From Isurus oxyrinchus (Eukaryota), in NCBI GenBank assembly GCA_026770705.1, contig JANJGN010000065.1:744001-808000 (forward strand): a stretch of DNA of 64,000 nt. Reading direction: 5' to 3'. The notes under the pieces were generated by a model. It worked only from the letters and a program-made list of their open reading frames with translations. It did no database searches and was not told the origin of the DNA. The translations under genes were made by a program, and so were the position numbers. Numbering within the stretch: the stretch's first letter is position 1; the number at the start of each line of letters is the position of its first letter. Positions 38,801 to 52,270 of the stretch are shown here, piece after piece.

Positions 38801-39099
38801 CATAACTTGCTCTCTCCCCGAAAAACAACTGTCAAGCGCGAAAGGGGGAAAGCACCATTAGAGGCATTGAAAAGCTGGTGATCAGCGAAAGACATAAAGA
38901 TTTAAATTGTGGGAGAGGCCACATCGTGTCATAAGCATACACCTGAAAGGAATTTGGAAGTCATCAATGAAACTGAACACTTCGAATCGTATACTAAGCA
39001 ACTGGAGCTTTAGAACAATTTTATCCGACCCTTAATATTCGTGTTTTTGTTTGCCTTATGTGCCTTGTATGTGTGTGTGTATAGGGAATTAGAAAGGGT

Positions 39100-39818
39100 A
39101 AAACAAAAACAGAATTACCTGGAAAAACTCAGCAGGTCTGGCAGCATCGGCGGAGAAGAAAAGAGTTGATGTTTCGAGTCCTCATGACCCTTGGACAGAA
39201 CTTGATTTCGAGTCAAAGAAAGAGTTGAAATATAAGCTGGTTTAAGGTGTGTGTGTGGGGGGCGGAGAGATAGAGAGAGAGAGAGAGGTGGTTGTGTAGA
39301 CAAACAAGCAGTGATAGAAGCAGATCATCAAAAGATGTCAGTGACAATGGTACAAAAGAACACATAGATGTTAAAGTTAAAGTTGGTGATATTATCTAAA
39401 CGAATGTGCTAATTAAGAATGGATGGTAGGGCACTCAAGGTACAGCTCTAGTGGGGGTGGGCGGAGCATAAAAGATTTTAAAATATTTAAAAATAATGGA
39501 AATAGGTGGGAAAAGAAAAATCTATATAATTTATAGGGAAAAAAAGGGAAAAAGGGGGAAACAGAAAGGGGGTGGGGATGGGGGAGGGAGCTCACGCCCT
39601 AAAGTTGTTGAATTCAATATTCAGACCGGAAGGCTGTCAGGTGCCTAGTCGGAAGATGAGGTGTTGTTCCTCCAGTTTGCGTTGGGCTTCACTGGAACAA
39701 TGCAGCAAGCCAAGGACAGACATGTGGGCAAGAGAGCAGGGTGGAGTGTTAAAATGGCAAGCGACAGGGAGGTTTGGGTCATTCTTGCGGACAGACCGCA
39801 GGTGTTCTGCAAAGCCAG
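39100..39818 (-). mobile_element. Penelope-like element 3' fragment inserted into the 5' LTR of provirus 1
   Basis: Reverse strand FAEHLRSVRKNDPNLPVACHFNTPPCS...EAQRKLEEQHLIFRLGT*QPSGLNIEFNNFR (GIY-YIG C-terminal region) plus terminal repeat. Close paralog at 58070-59090. Confidence 0.8.
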
Positions 39819-40058
39819 CGTTAACGTTATAGAGTCAGAAATTAGCAGTTCATATTTCTTTTTTTTTGTCACTGGTTCAAGACAATTCGTTCAATAATCT
39901 GTTAGTGAATTTATAAGTGTACAATCCTGGTAGTCCCATTTAGATAATCTTAGTTAACCAATTACGTTGCTTGATCAAATTATCCACATTTGTTTTGGTG
40001 CGGGAGAAGTGGTGCTTGATATTGCAGTACACCAACCCCACTGAGTCATGCTGAAGCT

Positions 40059-40077
40059 TGGGGGCTCTTCCTGGGAT
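40059..40077 (+). other. Primer-binding site complementary to the tRNA-Pro 3' end
   Basis: TGGGGGCTCTTCCTGGGAT vs the canonical PBS-Pro TGGGGGCTCGTCCGGGAT, just downstream of the 5' LTR end. Confidence 0.75.
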
Positions 40078-40869
40078 AATTTGGAACAAAGGACAATAAG
40101 GTTTTGTGTCTATAACATGGAAGTAATTGTAGCTCAAAGGAAAGGCCAGGCTTGTGCTGTCAAAAAAAGGTGGCACTGGAAAATGCTCAAGCTTTCCTGC
40201 AATTCGAAGAGGTGCTTCAGACGATTTCACAAGAGATCCCAAAAACCTGGTTAAACAAATTGACAAGCAAATTAAGAGTTGCATTGACTGAAAACGAAAG
40301 TGAGGCAGAGATAATCGAAAGGATATCACAGTATTTAAAATTTGGAGGAGTACCTGAGTCATCGAGCTCTCCAAGGGCTAATTCATTTGAATGGGCTCGA
40401 AATGCAATTGGATAAAGAAACAAACATTGGAACTGCACGTAGCACAAAAAAGAGGAGAACGGCATTTCAAAGGGAACAGCAGCGGGGAGAAGGAAAATAA
40501 AAATGGAAATATGAAGATTTGGTCTCTGGCGGGAATTATAAATGGTGAGGATTGAAAAGGAAGAACAAGAGAAAAGCAAAAAACAACATCCAGTGGGAAG
40601 ATATTTAAATGTGTACCAGCTCCTCCAAGGTTTTGGGAAGGAATGTTGAATCATTCTTTCTTTCATTTGAGAAAACTCCAGAACATTTGAAAAGCTGAAG
40701 AAAAATTGGACATTGCCCATGCAGAATTAATTGACAGGTAGAGTAAAGGAAATGCATGCCTCATGGGCAGATGAGGTTTCTAGGGATCATGGTTAATTTT
40801 GAGTGCATATGAATTGGCCCCTGAAGCATGCAGACAACAGTTTCAAAATTTCAGGAAAGCTTTATTTTA

Positions 40870-41210
40870 TTGAATGTGGGCGCCAAAAAACAGGCAGGCA
40901 TTTATTGTCCACCCCTCATTGCCCATTTTTAGAACCAACCTCCTGGCTCTGACCTGCAGTCATATGCAGGTCAGACAAGGTAACGACAACAGATTTGTTA
41001 CCCCTAAATTACATAGTTGAACCAGCTTATTTTATTTTGCCACAGTACACAATGGTTCCATACGCATCACTGGACTTTTAATTGCGGACTTTTGCTCAAT
41101 TCAAATTCCATGATCTGTTGTGGCGGGATTCAGTCCTCAGCCGGGAGTTCATCATCCACACTCTAGTGATTATTCGTCTAGCGACAATAACACTATGCCA
41201 TCGCCTCCCC
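40870..41210 (-). mobile_element. tRNA-derived SINE inserted in gag
   Basis: Reverse strand starts gggaggcgatggcatagtgttattgtcgctagacg (A box) ... gaatcccgccacaacagatcatggaatttgaatt (B box region) and ends in a CR1-like tail. Related copies at ~59110-59300 (-) and 62710-63085 (+). Confidence 0.7.
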
Positions 41211-44091
41211 TCTTGAAATGTTATACAAAGTAGGTTTGGAAGATGAATGCAACCAGTTCAATTTTAAATTATCTATAAAATCCTCTGAGATGTCAGTCTC
41301 TTGGAAGAATTAAAAAAATCTCTACCTCGTGCATTAATACCCCATATAATAAGAAGACCACATGGATGCAACTGTAAGACGGAACTAATAATGGATAACG
41401 ATAATGAACTTATCCATGAAAACTAAACATTATTTTCTACCACCTCAATGAATCTGGGAAGGATAGAAAGTGAGGCAGTGAAGGGAGGAAATGTAGCCAG
41501 GGTAGATAAAGGATATATGGGGATAACTTGAGATCTCCTCCTCAGATCAGCAAAAAAGGTACTGAGTGCGGAGGTGAAACTGGGTGTCCAAAGTGTTTTC
41601 AACGTAATAAAATGGAACACATTAGTTCATAATGCTGGAAGTAGCTGGGGAAGCCAATGGGACTGGTTCGAGTCTGTAAGAGTGAGTCCGAAAAGGGAAC
41701 TCAAAATAAAATGCCATTGATAAAATTGTAACCTTAACTGCAAATAAGGCACCGGAGTTAAACATTTCCGTGAATGCAGTTGAAGTGAATAATTTAGAAA
41801 TGAGATATAAAGAGTTTTGTCCAAAGGAAAGGCAAGCGTTTTTTCATCAAACAATGCACCTGAACGCATAGCTATTTTAACGGAGACAGGAGCTACTCAA
41901 ACTCATTTGCAGAAGAATGACCTAGTTTTTCCAAGAGACAGATAAGCTATTCATTATTGCTATAAGTGCAGAGTGCATCCCAGTTCCATTTTACAAAGGG
42001 CATATTGATTTTGATTTGTTTTCTGCATCAGCTATGCTAGGCTTGTGAAGAAATTATCTGTGAATGAAGTTGATTTTCTCCTGGAGAATCATGTGGAGCA
42101 AAGGTTATATCTTTGCCCGTAATTACAGAATGCCCAAGGGAGGTTAAAGCGATGGAGCATCAGTTGTTAAAGTCATACCATGAACAGATTATCGAGTGGT
42201 AGAGACTTTATGTGAAGGTTGAGCGTAAATCAAAGGAAGTATTTTGAATGACTCTATTAATTGAGGTTCAGAAAACAGGTCCAAAATTTAAACAAGTTAC
42301 CACAGTCACTCACACTGAAGCTCAGGTGGATGTATTTCTGGAGTGCAGTTCCATTAAAAATTGAGATTTGATGAGGGATTTGAGGCACCGTCATAGGCTT
42401 TCAGATGAGGAATATACTGCTATTCATCAGATGGTGTTACTGCCCAAATTGCCTAGGGAGTTATTGTGAGTAGCACATGAAATTCCTAGGGCAGGACATT
42501 TAGGAAGAGAGAAAACCTAAGCATTGGCAAACAACTTTTACCTGGTCAAGACTTCATAAGGACATATAGCAATTTTGTAAATGGTGTCTAAATGTCAGTT
42601 AGAAGGTAAACACCAAATGTAATCACGTTTACCATTTAATACCCATACTTGTTTTTGAAGAAACTTTTAGTTGGTTATTAATAGATTGTGTAACACCATT
42701 ATCCAAAAGGAAAGCAGAGCATCAGCATTTCCTTACAATTATTAAAATGACAACCAGATTTCCAGAAGTTATTCCTTTAAGAACAATTTCAGCTAAGGTG
42801 GAATTGGATAGCTTAACTCAGTGTTTCCCTCATTGTGGCCTACGAATTGAAATACAACCTGACCAAGGCTCTAACTTTATGTCTAAAATTTTTCATTGAG
42901 CTTTTTGCTTATCAGGCAACTAAACTCTACCGCCTAATATGAGCATGAAAAAACACAGGGAGGTTTAGATCGATATCATCTGGCTCTCGAAACCATGAAT
43001 ATGATCGATTGCCATTAATAACTAAAGTTTCGGACAAAAGATTGGCTTTCTTACTATTTGCTGCAAATTATTATCGAAATGTGTCTATTGGATTTAGTCC
43101 ACTCAAATGGCTCTATAATCTTGAAATAAGAATTTAATTAAAAAGAGATAAATTAAACTTTCCTGAAGTAGAAATATGAGTCCAACATTTTGGATTATGT
43201 TTCAATTTTCCTAGAATGTCAGGAACATGTTAAGCAGTTAGTGCACCTGTTTAAGCAAATGCAGTTTTATGGCTTTGTAATAAATCTGGCCAATAGTGAA
43301 TTTGCAAAAGCATGAGTAACTTACATACGTCACACCGTAGGAAGAGAACACGTCAGTCAGTATAAGTGAACTTATTAGTAAGAAAACCCATTCTTGAAAA
43401 TAATGCAAAAATCATGAGAGTTTATTGAGTGTGTGCGTTTTATCGGAAGTTAATAAATTAACAACTGTTGGCTACCCCTGACTTTAACAACACTTTCAAA
43501 ATGGCAATTCATGCTAATGACTCGGTGGTATGAGCAGTCCTCCTGCAAAATGATAAAGTGAGGATAGATAGGCTGGTCGGGTACTTTTAAAGAATCTAAA
43601 TCATTATCAGATAAAGTACATGACAGTGGATGAACAATTGTAGCATTGTTTTCATCTCTTCAACATTTGGAAGTTTATGCCTGACACCATGGCGAAAAAC
43701 ACTAAATTATATTTACCAGATCCTACTGGAGTTCATTGAAACGTTTGAAGCTTGAAATGTGAGACTTTTTTGGAGGAGTTTATTATTTCCAACGTTAAAA
43801 GGATCACATATCCAGCAAAAACAATGTGTACGCACACGGTTTGTCCCGGCTTTAAATTAAACTCCTAAAATAAGTTAAAGAGGTAAGAGAAGCAGAAGAT
43901 TTTATAAGACTGGATAATGTGATCTGGGGGCGGTGGGCGGGGGGGTGGGGGCTGGGTGTAGAACTGGTGGGTCGGGTGTGGGGTTGGTGGCTAAATGGAA
44001 TAAGTATCGTGTTTTCTTGTCCATGTGGCACATGCCCAGTGATTAAACGAATTTTTGAAATAGTGTTTAATTTTTCTTAAGGGCATAGGGA

Positions 44092-44962
44092 TGTAAAGGA
44101 TATTCATTTTTTCCTGTTGGAATGTGTATTAAAATTACAATGGCTGTACTTTGAAAGACATGTCTACTGGAACAATTTGAAAGATATATACAATGTTGCT
44201 GTCCCGGAACAGGATGTACCTTGAAAAACAGAATGGTGCCAAGGAAGAGTCTGGTCTAATGTGGAATTGCCTGGCACCAGCATTTTAATTGGCCGCTGAC
44301 TAGGTGAAAAGAATTTATTTTTGTGTGTGGGAGTGTAGTGCAGCAGAGAAAGGCTCCTAGACAGAAAGGCGAAAATAAGTGAAAACTCCTGTTCTTTCAG
44401 CACTGGAATAATACACGATTCCAGTTAGTCTCCAATAACAGCTATTTTTTTGGGGGGAAAATTCGTCAACAGTAAAAGCGGAAACCACCATTAGGGACAT
44501 TGAAAAGCAAGTGCACAACGAGTGAACTAAGAAATAAAAGTGCTGGGAAGAACAACTCTGGCAATCGTCAAAAGTAAAATGTAATTTGGAAACTACCGAT
44601 GAAAACTCAACTCATCGAGTCTTGCACTCTGCAATTGGTGTTTTTGATCTATTTATCTGACCCTTGAAATGCATGTTTTTGTGCGCATTATGCACGATGC
44701 ATATGTAAGGGACATAAGAAGGTTTTTTATAAGAATTTAATAAGATCTAGAATTTAGGTTATATAGTTAGAAATTAGCACTTCATACATTGTTCTATTGC
44801 CAAAACAAAATTATTAACTAATTAAGTTTAAAATACTGGTTTTCGTATTTTGTTAACCTCAACTGAACAATTAAGTGCTTTGATAAATCTTTTCACATTT
44901 GTCGTGGCTCAGGGAGCAGTGGGCTGAATATTGCAGCCCACAATCCCCAGTAAGTCGTGAAA
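44092..44962 (+). repeat. 3' LTR of provirus 1
   Basis: Begins TGT after a purine-rich tract. Collinear with 38460-39090 plus 39820-40052 (e.g. attacaatggctgtactt, ctactggaaca, gcattgaaaagc, agaaattagca). Confidence 0.8.
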
Positions 44963-45810
44963 AGTTTGGAACAATAGTTACCATCGCACATGCTACCTGG
45001 GGCTTCGGAAATAGTGGTGCGAGTACATAACAGGGAAGTTAAAATGGAATCTCTGTAACCCTGATTAAGCATTGACTGCATTGTTGCCTCCACTTGCAAT
45101 CGAACCAGTAGTCTGGACACTGTAGGCTACATTTGCCCCAAGAGTGGAAAAATGACATCAGCATTTATACTGGCTATGCTCCCCCTGATCATGTACGTCT
45201 CAATGCATTTTGTTCTGAAAATCATTTGCCAACTGTTACTCTCAAATGAAATACTGTGGTGCAACATGGTCTATGAACAATTTCTTCAAGCCGAATTGGA
45301 ATGATAAGAACTTCTTCCTTGAGGGAATTAGATTGCGTCGATCATGCTATTTTAATAGATTTGGTTGCACCAAGCAAGATATTGATCACCTTAATTTTAC
45401 AACAAGTACACATGCAGATACATTACTGACCTTACTGCTACTCAAATTGACCTTATAGATATTTGAATGGCCTCAATGGATTGTAATTAATAGGCACTTT
45501 TATTACTGGATTCATTACTCATTTAAATATATCACTCTTTAACAATATGCTACAACTTTAGATGCATCAATGGTATCGCTTATGCTTTAATCTCCCATCT
45601 AGATATTTCATGGACGTCACTTGTACTGTAAATACCGATCTAGATATGTAACACTGGTCTCACGTGTACTGTAAATAAATATCCAGCCATTGCATTGCCA
45701 ACTCATAACATACGTGCTCATACAATTATCGCAATGTATGCATTGGTCCTACAGCCTCCAATCCGTATTTTACAGACATAAGTTGCACTGTAGCTGCCCG
45801 TTAAGATTAA

Positions 45811-48800
45811 TGTCATGAAACAATTAACGAAATTTTTCTGGAGCATATTTTTATGTTAAAATAAATGTTTACTTTGCGGGTGTGTCTTACATAGATTAAG
45901 GTTGGTAGCCTCGGTGCTTTGATGGACACTAGTGTTGTTATGGAAAATAGGTAATGTGCAATTGGATTTTTAAGTGGAACATTCAAGATGTTCTGTGAAA
46001 GCTTGATGCCAATCTAACAGATACTAAGCCATATGTTTATATTAATAATAAAATTTGTAGTAAATGGTTTCTTTCTTAAAAGGTGAAGTTGGAAAATGCT
46101 GGTCAGACAATGGAGATTTGGTTGAATCATTGGTGGTAGTTATAACTTTAGCAAGTTTCGGGTGTACAGAGCAGTGGCAACGTGAGATCAAGAGGCAAGA
46201 CTCTATCTGACTTGAAAGAAACATCATTGTTATTCTTTAAATAGAAAATGCTTTGCCTGGTGTTCGGTTAAGTCTATGGGTGGCTTTTGCCGCAATGAAG
46301 GTTAGTTTGGGAATTTGTTAAATGTTTTGTTCATAGCCACGTGCATATATTTAAAATGTATAAGTTAATAAAATGTTTCAATTAATTTAATGTAACATCT
46401 CGCTAACTGGTGGCCTGTTTCCTAAATTTATAGTTGCATCTCAAACATAACATGTACATGTATAGGTTATGACAACTGTTTAAAATTACCCTCTGATTTT
46501 TTTTAATTACCCCGCTTTACTAACTGCATTGGGCAAAAAAAAAATGGAGGATCGTCGGGCATACAATATAATTCTTATTCCTCGTTTGGTTACGATTTGG
46601 TGAATCTGAAGCTTACTAGCTCGAGAGGCACTTTGAATTCCAGAGTTGATGGGATAGCAGGTTGTCTTCGGCAATTGCTAAAACATCTCTGGGACTAGAA
46701 GGGGGAACACTGATTGATTTGAAAAGAATAACCAGAATTAATTTAACAGAGTTGGCAGTTAAGTCATAATTGAGCTTAATTGTGGGGGCTAGGAAATCTG
46801 GTATAGTTAAAAGCATAGCGCAACATCTACAGTTAGATGTTAAACAAGATACTTGTGGGTCACAGCTGGAGGTGGTGAGGCTTCAGTTGCAAATGAAAAA
46901 AAAACTTTAATTAGAAGCAAAGGATAGAGCAATGGCTTTTAAAAGGGAATTAAAAATTGTAAAGATGGGGATTGAGGAAATAGAAAGAGAGAGAAAAACA
47001 AAATTCCAAATGAAAACGGCAGTTAAAAAATTGATGTCAACAGGTGGGGAAGGATTTGTCTCCAGATTAGAACCCAGTAGGGATACGTTTAACTTTGTAT
47101 AAGCTCTCCCAAATCTTGAGGATAAAATGTTGAAGCATTCTTCATTTCGGCCTGACAAGTTAGCTAAACAGATGAAATGGTCACAGGAAAACTGAACATT
47201 ATTACAACAGTGTAACTTCTAAGGTAGTGGGCATCAGGTATATGATACTATTTAAGAAGAAATTTTGGTGAATTATGCAGTGCTGAAAAAGTTGGTTTGA
47301 TTACGCATGCATTGGTTCATGAAGCACACAGATAGGAATTGAAGGATATGAGATAACAACTTTCGGAATATTATATTTAGTTTGAAAGATTAAAAAAAAA
47401 TAATAATTTTCAACGTTGGATGTGTGCATTAAAAATAGAGACAACCTATGCAGCACTTAGTGGAGTCATTCTTTTGGAAGAATTTAAATTTTCAATCTCT
47501 TCCTTATGAGAACTCATGTGGAAGAACAGAGGATTGATTCTCTAAGACAAGCAGCAGAGATAGTTGAGATTACAAATTAGTTTGTAGATCTAAAACCTTT
47601 TCTCTGTCATCCTTTCAAATTGTTTTTTTTTTAAACGAGGAATGGTGAAAGGTAGGGAGGCAGTCCTTTAAGAGAGTGAGAAGCTGGAAGTTCCCAGGCA
47701 GTATTTTTAAGAACAAAATGATGACAGCTGAAGTCAGAAGTGACATTCAGAATTTGAGGCGTTTTCAATGTAGCAAAGTAGGGCACAAGTCAGCGTGTTT
47801 CAAGAAAAATCTGCAGCAATTACTGGGGTGCAGAAAAGCTCTGAAACTAAAGGTACTGTGGGTTCTGAGGTTCAGGAACAGGAGAAACCAATGGTTTGTG
47901 TACATGTGTAACAGTGAGAGTCAGTGAAATATAAAGAATATGGATTTGCGTTCACAGTTTACACAAGATAATTCTGAGGAACAGGTTGCAGAAATGTTGA
48001 AAGATTTTTTTTGGTGAAGAGAAAGTCTTTCTATATGTTAGATATTAAAATTTGAAAAGTCACAAAGACTGGTTAACCATTAATGTTTGTGGGATAGTGC
48101 TGTTTTTTGTTGACAGAGTGTGTTACAGGAGAAGATAATAAATAGTGGGGTTCATGGAGACTCCAATTCTTTTCAGCGTGGAAGGAAATTTAAAGAGCAG
48201 ATGGGAGGCGGGTGAAGTTATAGTTGGAGCGGTGGAAATATTGTCCATTACAGTGGTTCATTTTTGTCTGGGCAATTATATAGCTGAAACGCAAATGTGT
48301 GTGCTTTCTATGGTTGTTTAGCAGCCTGTAGAAGTGTTTTCAACAGAAGTGCAACAGAAGGAGCATCCTTGATGATTTCGTGATTGTGTTATAACAGGAT
48401 CCAAAGCCATTAGGGAAGAACAAAAGAATCAAGATAAGCAGACAGTTCAAACGCAATAAGAAGGTGTCGAAATCCTTTTAGCTGTAAGTGTATTGGATAA
48501 TATTGTTCAAGAGGAAGGCATCCTGGACAGTTCAGTTGAAGTGTTTAAGTCAAGAGGTTAGTGGAGTTACAGGAAAATTATTTGCAATTAAAAGAGTTTG
48601 ATCAGAAAGCTTATTCAGAAACTGAAGCTAAGGTTATTCCTGTATGTTATTATCTTCGAGGGAATATATTAATGAAAAAACGGAAGTGGAATCATGTCTC
48701 AGCAGCTGAGAGTTGAAGGGATCTCCGTCAAATTAATATCCCATTAGGTTATAGAAATGAGATTCTAAGGATTAATCATTAAATTCCAAAGGGGCGGGTG

Positions 48801-51800
48801 GTGTTGACGGGCGAGGGAAGGGTGGGGTGGGGGAATAGGCGCTGGTGCGAGTGGTGACATTTAGGAATCAGGAGAAAAACATGAAAATATAGAGAGGTTT
48901 TTTTTTTCTTTTTTTGGCCAGGATTGCATAGAGACTTGGTTAAATTCTGTGGAAATTGTCATATATGTGAAGTAACAGGAAAATAATAAATAGTGATTAA
49001 GCCTGCGACATTAATCTGTATACTTGCATTTGGCGAATCTTTTACCAGCTTCATTATTGATTGTGTAGGGCACCTCACCAAAATTAAAAGTGGAAATCGC
49101 TTGTTATTGACAATAATGGATCTGCCTGTTAGGTTTCCTCAAGTAAATTATTTAACAAATATTGCAACTAAGAAATTTGAGGAGGAGATAATTATTTGTT
49201 TTATCAGATACGGTACACTGAAGGGAATACAATTAGATCAGGGGAAAAATTTCATGACACAGCTTTTTACGGACGTAATGAATAGTGTGGGGTAAAGTCA
49301 ACATCTTAACATCCAGATTCAAAAGGATCATTGGGAGGGTGGCATCAACTTTAAAAACTATGTTAATAGCATACTGTCAGAATTATGCTCGGGATTTGTA
49401 TGCGGGAATTCCATGTCAGTTACTGGTTATTAGCGATGCTTTGAATGGATCTACTGGCTTTTGTCCATTTGAACACGTTCATAGTCATGAGGTAGGGGGA
49501 CCAGTGAAATTGAATCATCAGAAATTATTCAGTTAAAATTCAGAAACTATTCTCCTGGGTAACTTATCAAACCTAGGGAAATTTTGAGCATAACATGTGA
49601 GTTGTCCGGGGAACATTTAAAAGTATCACAGCAAGAAATGAAAGTGGAAGCAAATAAGAAGGCTATAATTAGCAGTCTTGAACTGAGGAGAAAGTATTAG
49701 TTTTGCTTCCAGCACTAGGGGATTCCATAAATGCAAGATATATGGATCCTTACAGAGTTGAAAATAACTTGAATGAAGTAAATCATTTACTAATTATTAC
49801 AGATAGAAGAAAGAAGCAGAGGGTGTTCATATAAATATGCTTGAGAAGTACTTCGAAAGGGAAGAGGAATAAAAAGAGTTGTTAATGATGGTGGATGATC
49901 AGATAGAGCTAGAGCTACATGACTCTGAAATCGATACCACTTTAATCAAATTAGATAAAGTGGGGATGCTTGAGAATTTAAATGAAATATGAAGTTACCT
50001 TCCAAACAAATTTCAATGTGATTTGAAAAAACTAATGCAGTCACACAAACATATTTGTCCAAATAGGTTGTGAAACGAACATTTAGCTACATTTGATGTC
50101 TCAGTGCACTTTCATCTTCAATAAGGCAACATCCTTACAGTTAAAATCCGACACAGTTATCACATGTACAATAATAAATTGATTTCCTGCTTTAAAATGA
50201 TATCATTGAGAGTCCTTGCAGTACCTGTATTTCGCTCATTGTACTTGTGCCGAAACCAATTGGAAATCAAATACTGTTTGTGGACTATTGGAAAGTGAGT
50301 TCGGTGCCTAAGGCAGACTCATATTCCCCACCACAGTTGGAAGTTTGCATTGAGAAAGTGGGACAATCGAAATTTAACACAAATATAGGCTTGCTCAAAG
50401 GCTAGTGCCACGTGCCTTTGTGGCATAGAGCAAAGGAGAAATCAGTTTTTGTAACGCCAAGTGGACTACGTTAGTTGAAAGTCATGCCATTTGGTACTTC
50501 AGAGACTGGCAAAGAAACCCATTGTGGGTCTAAGCAATTGTGTTCATATTGATGATCTAATTGTTTTCAGACAGTTGTGGAAGGAACACTTACAGCACCT
50601 GGAAGAATTATTTACTCCACTACATGAAGCTAATTTGATTATCAACTTGGCTAAATGTGAATGTGAAAAAGCGCAAGTTACCCATCTAGGCCATATCATT
50701 GGGAATGGTAGGGTGGCTCCGCGCATTGCGAAAGTGAAGATTGTCGTGAATTTCCCAGTGCCTACAACAGAATGATAAATATTGAGATTTCTGGGCATGA
50801 ATGGGTTTTACCGGACATTTGTACCCAATTATAAGCAAGTGGTTGCACCACAGATTGAACTATTTATAAAGAACAAGAAGTTTCAATGGACACTGGAGAC
50901 ACTGAAAACTGTATTAATTACGGCAGCAATATTGGCAGCACACAGTCATGCCAAGCAATTCAAGTTGGCAGCTGATGCAACCGATATAACTAATGGGGTT
51001 TGCTCCTACAAGTAGATGGCATTGGAATTGAAAAACAGATAGGAAATTTAGATATTAACTAGTCGAGAATGATACTTTGAGTCTGGTGCTCGCATTGCGG
51101 TCTTTTCAAATTCATGTTGCAACCAATTCATCATAAACTTTTGAAATTCATGTTGCAAACAATTCATCATAAACTATTGATTCAATGGACCGTGCTCCGT
51201 TGAAGTTTTTGGACAAATGTCAATACAAAAGTTCAAAGCTTTTCAGATGGATCTATTATTACATCCGTTTAATCTACACATTATACATATTGCTGGAAGG
51301 GAAAATATGTTCACAGATATCAAGAATTTAAAGCTTAATATAAGTTGGGACATTAAAAATATCCTGGACACTGAACTAGAGTGATTTTCGTTGATACCAA
51401 GTGCTTTTTCAAATACATTATTATGTTAATGCATGGATCGTGTAATTTATTAGTATAATGAATAAAGGAGATAGTATGAAATGGCTGATTATGATATGGC
51501 TGTCTTTTTAGAATTACGGTGGCTCATCTTTCGCTTAAGAGGGGAATGCCTTTAGATATTAATGTTTATAATATTTTGGAAAATATTTTTTATTTTGAAA
51601 TTAAGTTTTAGTCTTCGGGTGTGTCTTAATTGGATTAAAGCCAGCTAGTCTGGGGTATGTGTGCTTTGATGGGTATTAGTTTTGATATTGAAGAGAGATA
51701 GCGTGCATTTCCATTTTTTGAATAGAGCATTCAAAATATGGGGTGAGAACTTGAGGCCTATCTAGCAGATGCCAAGCCACATGTTTACATTAATGATGAA

Positions 51801-52270
51801 ATTGTTACTATGAAAAGGTTTGATTGTTTGTCGGTGAAATTCAAAGAGGTTGGTCAGGCAATGATAATTTGTATTGATTAATTAGGGGTATGAAGAACTT
51901 CAGCTCTTTTCGGGTGAACAGAGCAGAGAGAATGTGAGATCAAAAGCAGCTGCAGGGCTCCAACTGGCTTCACAGTCAAAATAACCTCATTGTGAATTTG
52001 TATGGTGAACATGCTTTGCCTGGTGTTTGGTTAAATTTTTGGGTTGCTTTTGCCACAATACGGTTAGTTTATAATTTGTTAAATGTTTTGTTAGTAATGA
52101 ATTCTAACCATGAGTATATATCTTAACCTATGTTTATTAATAAACTGTTTCAATTAATGTAATACAAAACCTCAAGAACTGGTGGTCTGATTCCTGAATT
52201 TTGAGTTCCATCTCAAACATAACACTTAAAATTAGAAATTAAAATTTTCCTCTAGGTTTTTTTTATAACT
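45811..52270 (+). mobile_element. Gmr1-type Ty3/Gypsy LTR retrotransposon 2, near full length but degraded
   Basis: LTRs 45811-~46540 and 51547-~52270 (shared cgggtgtgtctta, gtgctttgatgg, aactggtgg, catctcaaacata); PBS-like tggaggatcgtcgggcat at 46545-46562; gag knuckle FQCSKVGHKSAC. Integrase FWPGLHRDLVKFCGNCHIC, IIDCVGHL and IQLDQGKNF (48760-49850) lies upstream of RT VHIDDLIVF, INLAKCECEKAQVTHLGH and RNase H FKLAADATD (50100-51330). PPT aagaggggaa. Confidence 0.88.
51108..51179 (+). repeat. 36-bp tandem duplication within the RNase H region
   Basis: aaattcatgttgcaaccaattcatcataaacttttg / aaattcatgttgcaaacaattcatcataaactattg. Confidence 0.9.

Larger units (their letters stand above)
38440..44962 (+). 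mobile_element. Gmr1-type Ty3/Gypsy LTR retrotransposon 1, degraded (gag-PR-INT-RT/RH order, most of RT deleted)
   Basis: Paired LTRs (~38440-40052, interrupted, and 44092-44962); PBS 40059-40077. Integrase HEIPRAGHLG, LIDCVTPL and IQPDQGSNFMSKIF (42470-42900) precede the RT end VINLANSEFAKA*VTYIRHTVG (43280-43340) and RNase H DFNNTFKMAIHAND...NNVYAHGLSRL (43480-43855). Purine tract before 44092. Confidence 0.85.

Noticed and set aside
40217-40720. 167-aa hydrophobic minus-strand ORF
   Set aside because: Antisense to the purine-rich gag region of provirus 1; the Phe/Leu/Ser bias is a compositional artefact.
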